From Owenia fusiformis (Eukaryota), in assembly GCA_903813345.2 (NCBI GenBank), contig CAIIXF020000001.1, positions 33,604,001-33,668,000 of the forward strand: DNA of 64,000 bases, given 5' to 3'. The notes below the pieces were generated by a model that saw only the letters and a list, made by a program, of their open reading frames with translations, was not told the origin of the DNA and did no database searches. The position numbers and the translations under genes were made by a program. Position 1 is the first letter of the stretch. Every line of letters starts with the position of its first letter. Positions 39,280-51,719 of the stretch are shown here, one piece after another.

Positions 39280-42200
39280 GGGTTTGTGTAAAAAACCGGT
39301 TGACCAGGTAACCGGGTAGCTGGGTGATCGGGTACCTAACGTTCCTAGCAGGGTTACCAACTTTCAAAGTTGCATTTTCCCCTAATATACAAAAAACGTT
39401 GATATTAATTATTTTGATATAATAGTGGAGTCAATTAAGGCAATAAAACCCTAGAATTGCACATGCTATATATATAGCACTATTTTCTGACATAAGAATC
39501 ACTACTACATATATTTTTGATATCTAACGAAGTGGTGTTGAAAAGTGGCCCCATTTGATAATAACAGGCCTTGAAAATTTTGGGCATTTACATTGAGCCC
39601 CATGTTAATTTATCAATCTTCAAAAGATCCCCTGCAGTACAGTTTTAGAGTAATAAAGCCCATATTCCCAGGATGTTACAGTAGCATGATTATCTTCAAA
39701 ATAAGAAGGGTTAAATTTTTTCTTTTACCTAGTTCCAAAGATATTTGCGTTTGAGTTTTAGAAATTCCCCATTGGCTGCCATTATAAATGGCTATAAATA
39801 TGGCTTTACTAAAGTGTCATTTTCTCAAAAATTCCACGGTGAAATTTTCTAATATTACAGATTCCTATAGTTAATATATTGATTTTAAAAAAATCAAACA
39901 GGTACATTTCTGAAAATTTCTTATTTTTGATATATTTAGCCGTTAAAAACTATAAAAGACCTGTATTGAGCCCCATGTTAATTTATCAATCTTTCAAAGA
40001 CCCTGTGCAGAACAGTTTTAGACTAATAATGCCCATTCTCCTACTATGTTACAATAACATGATTATCTTCAAAATAAGAAGGGCAAATTCTTTTCTTTTA
40101 CCTACTTCCAAAGATATTTGCATTTGAATTTTGGAAATTCCCCATTGGCTGCCATTATAAAAGGCTATCAATATGGCCTTACTAAAGTGTCCTTTTCTCA
40201 AAAAGTCCACGGTGGAATTTTCCAATATTGTAGATTTCTATAGTTAATGTATTGATTTAATAAAAATCAAACAGGTACATTTCTAATTTTTTTTATTTTT
40301 TATATAATTAGCCGTTAAAAACTATATTAGAACCTATATTGAAGCCCATGTTAATTTATCAATCTTTCAAAGACCCTGTGCAGAACAGTTTTAGACTAAT
40401 AATGCCCATTCTCATACTATGTTACAATAATATGATTATCTTCAAAATAGGAAGGGCTAATTTTTTTTCATTTACCTAGACTCCATTTCACTGTTTTATT
40501 GCGTCAGTGAGTAGAACCCCAAAAATAACAAATTGGGAGACCATTGTGCAATAATATATGGAAAAGTATATTCATAATGTACATGAATGACATTTGTATA
40601 TTTCAGATTTTTTAGTTTTTTGTGCAATAAGCCTGTGCCCTCTTGTAATTTGAAGAATTTCGGCCATGTTAATCTTATTGAAAATAACATGGCAGAGAAG
40701 CATCCAAATATAAGAGGCCACACACTTTATGAGCCAAACTAGAAGCAATCCAAGATATACACATGTCATTCATATACAATAGGAATACATTTTTCCTTAT
40801 ATTATTGCAAAATGATATTTTGATTTCTTATTTTTTTTAGCTTTTACTGACGCAATTAAACAGTGAAATGGACTCTAGTTCCAAAGATATTTGTGATTGA
40901 ATTTTTGAAAATCCCTATTGGCTGCCATTATAAACCGCTATCAATATGGTTTACTATAATAGAGTGTCTTCTCAAAGAATCCACTGTGGAATTTTCTAAT
41001 ATTGTAGATATCTATAGTTAATATATATTTTTTTAAATCAAACAGCTACTTTTCTGAAAATTTCTTATTTTTAAAATATTTAGTCATTAAGTTAAAGATT
41101 GATTTAACATGGCGCATAATATAGGTTTTTATAGTTAATAACAGCTAATTATATAAATGAAACTAAAACACTTCAGAAATCTGCCTGCGTTTTAAAAAAA
41201 ACAATAGAAATGTACAATATTAGAAAATTCCATAGTGGACTTTTTGAGAAAAGACGCTTTACTTAAGCCAAATTGATACCGTTTATAATGGCAGCTAATG
41301 GGGTTTTTCCAAAATGCAAACGTCACTATCTTTGGAAATAGGTCAAAGAAAAAATTTAATCCTTCATATTTTGAAGATAATCGTGTTATTGTAACATCCT
41401 AGGAATAAGGGCTTCATCACTTTTGAACTGCTCTGTAGGGGGTCTTTTGAAGATTGATAATCTAACATGGGGCCCAATATGTTTTTTATAGTTTTTAACG
41501 GCTAGATATATTCAAAATAAGAATTTTTCAGAAATGTGCCTGTTTGATTTTTTTAAAATTAATATATTAACTATAGAAATGTACAATATTAAAAATTCCA
41601 TAGTGGACATTTTGCGAAAAGGAGACTTCAGTAAAGTCATAATGATAGCAGTTTATAATGGCATCCAATGGGGATTTCCAATATTTCAACGCCAATATCT
41701 TTGGAACTTAGTTGTTTTGGATAAAGTCATGTTATTGCAACATCCTTGGAATATGGCTCCATCACTTTTGAACTGCTCTACAGGGGGAGTTTTTAACAGC
41801 TGAATATATTAAAAATAAGAATTTATCAGAAATGTGCCCGTTTGATTTTTTTAAATCAATATATACATATATATTAACTCTACTATCGAAATATACGATA
41901 CTAGAAAATTCCATGGTGGACTTTCTGAGAAATGGACATTTTAGTAAAGCTATTAATTGATAGCCGTTTATAATGGCAGCCAATGGGGAATTTCGAAAAT
42001 TCAAAAGCAAATATCTTTGGAACTAGGTAGAGAAGTCATACCTTCTTATTTTGAAAATAATAGTGTTATTGTTATATCCTAGGAGTATGGCCCTTATCAC
42101 TTTTGAACTGTTCTGCAAGGGACCTTTTGAAGATTGATAAATTATCATGGGGCTCAATATAGGTTTTTATAGTTTTTAAGGGCTAAATATATCAAAAATA

Positions 42201-43655
42201 AGAAATTTTCAGAAATGTACCCATTTGATTTTTTTAAAATCAATATATTAACTATACGAATCTGCAATATTAGAAAATTTCACCATGGACTTTTTGAGAA
42301 AAGGACAATTTAGTAAAGCCATATTGATAGCCGTTTATAATGGCAGCCAATGGAGAATTTTCAAAATTCAAACGCAAATATCTTTGGAACTAGGTAAAAG
42401 AAAAAATTTAACCCTTCTTATTTTGAAGATAATCATGTTATTGTAACGTATTTGGAGAATTGGCATAATTACTCTAAAACTGTCCTGTATGGGGTCTTTT
42501 GAAGATTGGTAAATTAACATGGGGCTCAATATAGGTTTTTATAGTTTTTAACAGCGAAATATATAAAAAACAAGAAATTTTCAGAAATGTACCTGTTTGA
42601 TTTCTTTAAAATCAATATATCAACTATAGAAATCTGCAATATTAGAAAATTTCACCGTAGAATTTTTGAGAAAAGGACACTTAAGTAAAGCCATATTGAT
42701 AGCCATTTATAATGGCAGCCAATGGGGAATTTCCAAAATTCAAACTCAAATATCTTTGGAACTAGGTAAAAGAAAAAATTTAACCCTTCTTATTTTGAAG
42801 ATAATCATGCTTCTGTAACATCCTGGGAATATGGGCTTTATTACTCTAAAACTGTACTGCAGGGGATCTTTTGAAGATTGATAAATTAACATGGGGCTCA
42901 ATGTAAATGTCCAAAATTTTCAAGGCCTGTTATAATCAAATGGGGCCACTTTTCAACACCACTTCGTTAGATATCAAAAATATATGTATTAATAATACTT
43001 ATGTCAAAAAATGATGCTATATATATAGCATGTGCAATTGAACACTTATCTGACTCCACTATAACCCAATATCATGGCCGTAAATCGAACAAAATAAAAG
43101 GCGGGGAGGAAGAGATTTCTACTAGAAATTAAACAAATGTGGACGAATATGCACACGTGTATATATATTGAAACATTAATTGCCGTTTATCTGTCATTTA
43201 ACGTAAGATGACATTAGTTGCTTGGTTTATTGCCCACACATGAGTAATTGACAGGATGTTGATGATTCTCGAAGATTTATGCACATATATTGAAACGTTT
43301 ATAGTTGAACATTTTTATTTGTCAATTAAAGTACGAAGTACGACTTACGATGTTGGTTGCTTGTTTTATAGCCTGCTGGGTGATTGACAGGGTATTGATG
43401 ATTGTTTGTTTTGCTGGTTGGTTGGTTTATTGGTAGATTAGTTCGTTGCTTGGTTATTTCGTTGTTTGCTTGATTGGTTGGATGGATTGTCTGTCGAGTT
43501 GGAGGCCAGTTGGGTGGTTGGTTGTTTGGGTTTTTCAGTGGCACATTTTAGGGTATAAAATGAAAATAATCAAATTCCTAACCCTGCTAGGAATGTTAGG
43601 TACCCGATCACCCGGCCACCCGGTTATCCAGTCACCCAGTTTTTTACACAAACCT
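39280..43655. mobile_element. Foldback-type (Mutator-like) element with inverted arrays of a ~373-bp repeat
   Basis: About 75-bp TIR GGTTTGTGTAAAAAAC...; TSD TAGTTATAT (39271-39279, 43656-43664). Three forward units from 39595 and about five reverse units up to ~42900. Confidence 0.88.
40479..40875. mobile_element. MITE inserted into a foldback repeat unit
   Basis: TIR GA(C/G)TCCATTTCACTGTTT...; TA duplication inside the host motif tttaccTAgttccaaag, which is uninterrupted in sister units. Confidence 0.85.
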
Positions 43656-45539
43656 TAGTTATATAGAGCAAATGGCCCGTTTTAAACCTGTTGAAAAGCA
43701 ACTACCTCAAGAATTCTACTTCCATTTGCACTAGCATTGCTAGTTGTGAAATTGCATGACTTCAGAAAACAACACATGGACAAATTGAAAACCAGAAAGA
43801 AATGAATGCAAGTGGAAGTATGAATTTCTTCATTCAAAAGATGCATGGTCTCAGTTTAAAGTTTATATTGGTAATCATTTCTGGAATTTACGACTGAATG
43901 GGTTATAGAACCTATAGCTTGGTAAATCTATATGGAGCATCTAGCTTGTACAAGCAGAAGTATTCAATGTTCGTGGGTTAATTAAGACACAGAACATTGA
44001 CTTGGTGAATTCAAGCTTCGAAATGTTATTTTAAACCAGTGTTATCTCCTACACATACAGATTTCTTTTATATATTGCTTGAGGCCCACTGCTGGCATGG
44101 AGAAAAGGCAAACATTTCACTCATGCAGTTCTTATAGATTTAACACAAGATTCAGCAGCAGCATTCTGTCTTTACCTGTTGGGGAGGTATATTATCATAT
44201 AGACTTTGTATTGCTGATGCAAAAGTATAGTAAGAACCAATGAAATGTCAGTGACTATTTTAGATAGACACCATTAATGCAAACAGCATAGAAGAAGAGA
44301 AAAAGAGAAAAATGTGCCGATGTTAATGATTTGGTGATATCTCAGGAAAACTGTTTGATACAACAAAGTGATGAACTGTAGAAGTCACAAGAGACTGCTT
44401 AATCTATTTATGATAACTACTTTTCATTATATAGAAATCTGGATTGATAATAATAAAGCTTCATTGATATCAGTGAATTTACCTCATAGACTATCAGAGA
44501 TGTTGAAATTAAAAGGAAAAATGGCTAGCATCTAATCTCAGAGTTGGATGATATTTCACCAAATACATGTAAAAGGCTTTGCAAGGGTAATTAACCCTCA
44601 GTTGGTCAGTCGGTCGATCCATTTTTGAGATATTTGATTTAAAAAAACAGTAAAAATAGGCTAGGGAGTTCAAAGCTGACCTTGAGATGTGACCTTAAAG
44701 TGGGAACATTGACTGCCGAGTCGTATCCAATGATCCTGGGACTATCGTAAAATGAAAGCTTTGAATATGTTGTTGCCTTTAAAAATGTATCTATTTTCCA
44801 TGTATGCAACTAGAATTCGTGCACATACCTTATATCGATCGATAATGGCAAACGAAAATCCTCTAATTCTTCGTCTTCTTCGATCTGCTTCTTCTCCGCC
44901 ATTTTTTATTAAACCGTAAGTTTGTTCTCTAACGTCCGTGTAATGTTTTTTCACTTTTATTTCAGATTACACTTCGGATTCAACTTTTAATGCTTTCTAA
45001 TAATCATCAAGTGATTTTTATAAGAAACGTTTCCATAAAAAGACTCACACTCTCAGAGATTTTATCGATTCGAGCAGCCAGAAAAATTAGTTTCAATTTC
45101 ACCCGCTAGGTGTTTCAACGTCGTCTTGGAAAGAATTTGAAAAATCTATGAGTACTATATATATATACAGGTGTATTATCAAAGTAAAATTAAATGAAAA
45201 TTACTCGGATTGTGTTAGTTATTGCTCTTATATTCATATACATTGTCTTTTATTATGCCTTTGTTGTGGAAACATTTTGTAGTTTCAACACAATAATCAA
45301 TATTGGGGAATGTTTTGTTTGATGCAGAACCAAGACACCAAATTAGTAATCACTTTTCTCTCTATAGAACAGAATGTATCAGTGTGCGATGATTAGATAA
45401 ACTAATTAATCTAATCGTGGCACTATTGGTTGCTGAAAAACAAAAGATTGTTCAATGTAGGGTCTTCTGCTTGATTGTGGTATAGATTAACAGCATCACT
45501 GGACTAATAAGTCAGCAAATATAACTAAAAGGCATCTAT

Positions 45540-45871
45540 CACTGGCGGATATGGGGGGGGGGCCCAGGGGCCCGGGCCCCCCCCCCCTTGGGTGGGCCCA
45601 GAAAAAAAAAATTGTGCCCAAAAAAAATTTTGAGCCTAATAAGGCGTTTAGGCCCCAAAAAGTAGGCCTTTTTGGTCATAAATTGGCCTTGTAAGGCCTT
45701 ATTTGTTAATTTTAGGCCAAATTTTGAAGAAAATGGGCCTCAAAATTTCAAAATTTGGGCCCACTTTTGGGTTTATGGGGCCCAAAATTTTTTTCCGCGC
45801 AAGCGCGGAAGTTGTTTTCTAAGACCACAAGTTTGGGCCCCCCCCCTTGTTGGTTCCCAGATCCGCCCCTG
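45540..45871. mobile_element. GC-rich MITE with 5-bp TSD
   Basis: Ends CACTGGCGGAT ... ATCCGCCCCTG; TCTAT on both sides (45535-45539, 45872-45876). Confidence 0.65.
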
Positions 45872-46453
45872 TCTATGGAGAAAGAGAGATTTAACTACGA
45901 GCAAAAACTCTGTATCCAACTGCTGATAATAGTGAATTTATGTGAAATTTAGAGGCAAGGAAAGGAATATCAGACTTCTGAGGCTTTGGTGCATAAGGTG
46001 TTTACCATATAGAGAGCAACCATAGGAGTAAGGTATAATTTTGTTCCTATAGGGAAACAAAAATGTTGGATGATACTAGTAGTTAATACTTTACTTCAAA
46101 GTCAGTAAATTATCACTTGTGAATAAAAGGAGTCTACTGAACTGACACCAAAACACATTTTGAATGGAAATCTGAGAGGATATACATATAAATCTGAGAG
46201 GATACATACAAAAGCTGATTACTGGCAGTAATTTAAGCATTTTGGAATTATGTATCTATGAGAGAGAATTCATATGATAGAATTTATGTATATGGTGTTG
46301 CCCCTAGAACTTTGCTATCAGAATTGAGGCCAACATGACGTATTATTGATTAACACCCAAATGAAACTCTGCTTAGGATGAATGTTCAGTTAACTTGAAT
46401 CAGCTATAGGGTAATGAACCCATCCTGACATCTCAATCATAAAATATATTTCA

Positions 46454-46635
46454 ATGAATAATCAAGAAAGTATATCAGTCACATACAAAATGCCCAAAAA
46501 GATGAAGAATTTAAGTCCTTTGGATATACATGTATCTCAGTCAATGCGTTCTGGAATCCCCAGAGTTATGAGTACAAGCGCTCTTCGTGATATGAAACGT
46601 TTGGATAGTCGAAACAAGCATTCATGGATATATAG
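46454..46635 (+). CDS. Candidate alternative first coding exon of PDE4 (MNNQESISVT...RNKHSWIY[R])
   Basis: 60-codon open frame ending in a perfect AG|GTAAGT donor in phase 2. It joins in frame to [10 protein letters not shown]. The terminal KHSWIYR resembles the PDE4 motifs RESFLYR and RRHSWIC. Confidence 0.6.
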
Positions 46636-46704
46636 GTAAGTCAAATCAGTAGACTGCATTGTCTGATAGCTTCTCTATTTGATTTTATATTTGTGTCCTA
46701 TATT

Positions 46705-49700
46705 CACTGGCATGTAGCGGCCCTGATATCGATAAATTCTACACGCAATATAACCCGATTCTAAATGCTTGGTTAAAACTTTACACGAAAAAGCCTCGAT
46801 ATCCGGGCATTTACTCTTACACTGAACTGAAAATAGCATCGTCTAAACGTGTATGTGTTGGCTTCCAGGTAAGTTTATCAACATTTATACTCAATTGAAA
46901 TAGCAGTCGTGCTTATATCGTGTACCAGTTTGATTAATTTATATGTGTGTGTATTTATAATATGATAGCCTCGTAATACCGTGTCGTTAGAACAACTGCT
47001 AGATATCGAACTGATGACCTGAAATTACATTATTGGACTGGTCGCGCATCTGATATTAAATGATTAATTTGCATTGAATCTGATATTAACTTGCAACCCA
47101 ATACCATGACTTTACATTTGAATGATAACACGGCCTCATATTCTAATTCATTATACGTCCATTGCAGGCCAAAAATGTTTCAATGTGGATATTGTAATGC
47201 ACACGAGAATACATTCGATTCGTATATTGATCATACATCAATTGAACATGGAGATTTTCCTGTACACTTTTCCCAACTAGATGCGAGTAGAATTTATCTT
47301 GATTTATCTTATGCCAAGTAGGATTTTAGGGAGATAAGTTGGTAAGATATATCCCGTATCCTGATTTTGAGGTTTCCATATCAAGAACCTCCATATCTCC
47401 CGCCATATCTCCCGCTTCGGTGCATATCTTCCCGCTTCGGGGCATATCTTCCCGCTTCCAAAAAAGTGGAAATGCCATAAAATGACTTTGTATATGAATG
47501 ATTTGTTTATTTTTTACACCTTGTACTACTGAAAACTCTACTTGGTATAGGATAAAGCAGTTATGTACGGTCGGTTTGGATATTGGGTTCATCCCTCGTG
47601 AGATATGCACATCTACTTTCGGTCCCTACGGTCCCTCAGGTAGATATGCATATCTCTCTCTGGATAAACCCCATATCCAAAACCTCCCAGTACATAACCC
47701 TTATTTATCCCATGGTTACAAGGATATAGATCGAATATCACGTGAAGATATAATTGATACGTGGATGAAGATATCATATTTCAGCAAACAATTCCCAAAT
47801 CATCGTATATCACTTTTGAAACCATCGAATATCACTTTTTGAAAGGTGATATTCGATGGTTTCAAAAGTGATATTCGATGGTTTTGATTTTTTCAATTTT
47901 TTTATTAATTCAGCAAAACGATTGTTTATATATTTTTATTTTTTTTGGATCTTGTTTTTACGGCGTTCGCATTAAATACAAACCACTCTGTTACGTCACG
48001 TATATGACGTTCGTTGAATTATCGCAATCAAAATGTCAGACGAAATGGAATTTCCATTGCAATTTATCTGACTATTCAATGTTCGCTGGATAATAATTCC
48101 CAATGGGATAAACGGACAATCCTATGGTTTTTCAAAAGTATCACTTATATCCACTCATGGATATCAGTATCTTCACTCATTCGCTGCACTCACTCGCGAA
48201 GATATCAATATCCACTCATGGATATAAGTTATATTTTTTCAAAGCCATAGGATATTCCTATATTATTCCATAGTTAGCATGATATCCATAGGATAACATG
48301 TCAAAATAAAAACGGTATTTTTGAAATCAATGGTAAAATATGATATTTTTGACAAATTTTCACCTAACCATAACATACGTTGTTTTAGCCATGACATACG
48401 GCGCCGTATACCATGGTTTTTTCCCAGATGCCCTCAAATTGGCCAAAGTAACACCTGTATTTAAAAAAGGTGTCACTACAAATCCTTCGAACTATAGACC
48501 AATTTCAGTTTTATCTGTATTTTCTAAATTGTTAGAAAAGCTCATGCACGCCAAACTCACTGGTTTTTTAGAACGTTTTGAAATTATTTTTACTTATCAA
48601 TTTGGATTTCAGAAATTCAACTCTACCTACATGGCCATTTTATATTTCATTGAACAAATTCGAAAATCAACTGATTTGGGGAAAACGAGCATTGGCATAA
48701 CATTAGATTTTTCCAAGGCCTTTGACACAATTAATCATGACATTTTGATACCAAAACTTGAATATTATGGCATCAGAGGAATAGCTAAGTCCTGGTTTGA
48801 AAGTTATTTAAAAGACCGCAAACAATATGTCACCATTAACAATTATGAATCTAAACAATCATCTCTAAATTGTGGTGTTCCGCAGGGCTCGGTACTTGGA
48901 CCACTATTATTTATTCTTTACATAAATGATCTGCCTTTTGTTGCCCCTAATCTAAAATTTATTATGTTTGCTGATGACACCAATCTTCTTGATAGTGATT
49001 ATGATTTAAATGAACTCATGACTAGAACTAATGCAAACTTGAATTCAATAGATGACTGGATAAAAGCAAACAAACTTTCACTTAATATTGGCAAAACCAA
49101 TGCTATTCTATTTGGACCCCAAAAAATCAAACAAATCTGAATCTTAAAATACGCAATGAGAACATAAATTTCCGGGAAAAAATTGACTTTCTTGGAATTA
49201 TTATTGATAAAAACTTGAAATTTAAAGAACACATAAAATCTGTTGAAACAAAGATTTCTCGCGTCATTGGTTCTCTTTATCACATTAAACATCTACTTCA
49301 AATAGACAGTTTCAAAACAATTTACTTCTCATTGATACACTCTCAATTAAATTATTGCAACATAATCTGGGGTAACACATTTAAATCATTTTATGATCGT
49401 CTACATAAACTGCAGAAACAATTCTTAAGGCTAGCTTTAAATAAGGATAGACTTTCTCACTCCGCTCCCCTATTTAAAGATCTTAGAATATTAAATATTT
49501 TTGATGTCAACAGATATTGTACTGGTCAGTTCATGTACAAAATCTTTAATAAGCACCCCAGTCTTCCAAAAAATCTATTTCAAGACTTGTTTGATATCAA
49601 CATTAATATTCATCATCATTACACAAGACAATTGCATCATTTTCATATCCCTAAATGCTCTAAACTTTCCCTTCGCTATCTGGGTCCTAATCTTTGGAAT

Positions 49701-51470
49701 GCTCTACCACATGATATTAAAAAATGCTCCACTCTAAATATTTTCAAATCTTCATATAAAAAACTACTCATCTATCGATAATGTATAATACCAATATCAT
49801 ACTATACTGTTGATTTTATACTGGTACCCGATTTTTGTAACATTTTTACATTGTACATCCTTAGATTAATTGTTAATACCATTTTTATATACCTACATGT
49901 AACATAATATAAGTGTTTTCTTTTATATGTAGTCTAGTTGTCATTTTAATGATTTCTGTTAAACCGCAACATATACCCACTAGGGTGTCTAGCGGCTTGT
50001 TTTTATAGTGTATATTATATAAGAATTATGAAATAAATAATTGAATTGAATTGAATTGTTTATGGATTTTTGCTACTTCAGACTCAAAACGAGGCTAAGT
50101 GTCAATATCGCCGTATCGTTTGGAAAATTCGTTTTAAATCACTTAATTCCCGACGATTCTGATGATGACTTTAACTATGGAATATAAAGAACATCCTCTA
50201 TTTAAGATATGATATTCGATAATTTAAAAGTGATATTCGATGGTTTGTAAATTGTTTGCTAAAATATGATATCTTGATCCACATATCAAATATATCATCT
50301 AGCAATTAACCATGGGATAAAGCTTTACGTCCCGCTCCTAGCGGGCAGATATAGTATATCTGCCCGCTACGTCATAATCGCCGCTCGCATATTTGTTCAT
50401 AATTTGTAACGTTTTCGGAATGACTGTAAAAGGCAATGGAGAAAACACAGACAATCGGGGTCTGTTTGATGGTTAAAAAAGGGAAGGAGCATCCACTTAA
50501 TCAATAAAAAATTCGAGAAAATAAATATGGGAATATTTGAGAGAATATGAAAATCCGCCCACGGCCAAGAAAACAAAACTGGACATGAATATTCTAAATT
50601 ATTTCCACGATTTAAAAATGTGAACCAGATGACCAAGATTGGTATGGGATAAACATATTATCCTATAGTCGGTTCAGGATATTGGGATATGGGATATATA
50701 TAGGGGTTATGCACTGGGAGGTTTTGGATACAGGGAATATCCCGAGGGATATACAATATATCTTCCCGAGGGACCGAAGGGAACATGTACTGTACTTCTT
50801 TCTGTAACTGGAATACGATTCTAATATACAAGCAACACAGTATTCCCGGGGAACCATAAATATTTTGTGTAGGGTGTGGACATTTTTCTTTTCATTTCTC
50901 TAAAATCAGATTATTCTCATAAAATTCATACAAAGTTGGGCCTGAGCCTCTATTTTCGTATTCTGCATGTTAAGATATTTATCATGTAAAACCTAAGAGA
51001 TAAATTCAATGTCTTCAGTTGAGAATAAGTATAAGGTAAATGTGTGAATTCTGCTTGTTGTTGCACTATTTTTATAATAAACAAGGTTCGATACGCAACA
51101 CTGAATAGACTGCAGTCATAGCTTAGTTGTATAGAAAACAAAAGAAGTTGGGACATGGTCATGCTTGAATACGATTTTAAATATATCGCCGTTTACATTT
51201 GTTGAAATTGGCCTGTATTAATTTCAACAGGTGATCGGTGTACAAGGGCATATATTTGAGTTATTGGTTTAATGATAAGTATGACCTATGAGTGGGTAAT
51301 GTTTTACAAATGCATGAAACAAATACTCCAATGGCCTAATCTCAATTTTCCTGCATAAACTATAACATTGAAATGATGGTCATTTGCTCTCTAACTTCCG
51401 CATCATATACGTAACTTCGTAACAATTCAATAAGCCAAGACAGGACCGCTATAATCGCTACATGCCAGTG
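46705..51470. mobile_element. Composite DNA transposon derivative with 6-bp TSD and nested insertions
   Basis: TIR CACTGGCATGTAGCG ... CGCTACATGCCAGTG; TSD TATATT (46699-46704, 51471-51476); internal C2H2 remnant CGYC...H....H at 47175-47250. Confidence 0.8.
48418..50058 (+). pseudogene. 5'-truncated L2/Crack-group LINE RT fragment
   Basis: NYRPISVL, LDFSKAFD, GVPQGSVLGP, FADDT; frameshift near 49140; AATAAA followed by a (TTGAA)n tail. Confidence 0.9.
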
Positions 51471-51719
51471 TATATTGATTGAAGATACAGTGTATTTTGA
51501 ATACACCAGACACACTGTGGAGGAACAGTACTGTCAACCTCTAAATATTCTCCCAGGACAGATTTTTAGACCTAGTGGGCTTAATTCGTGGGATATTCAG
51601 TTAAATTGGCAGGGCATTCAAGAGATATGTGTGATCCCGCAAATAGGCTAAATTTTGATCAAAGGTCCATGTGCAGTATGGCAAGTGATTTGAGACAGTC
51701 ATATCTTTCACCATGAGTA

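Noticed and set aside
44591..45130. piggyBac-like end TTAACCCTCAG
   Set aside because: No matching second TIR was found, so boundaries cannot be set. The same applies to the Kolobok-like TTAAAGGAGAAG near 4333 and the pogo-like CAGTAAAACC starts near 35052 and 63709.
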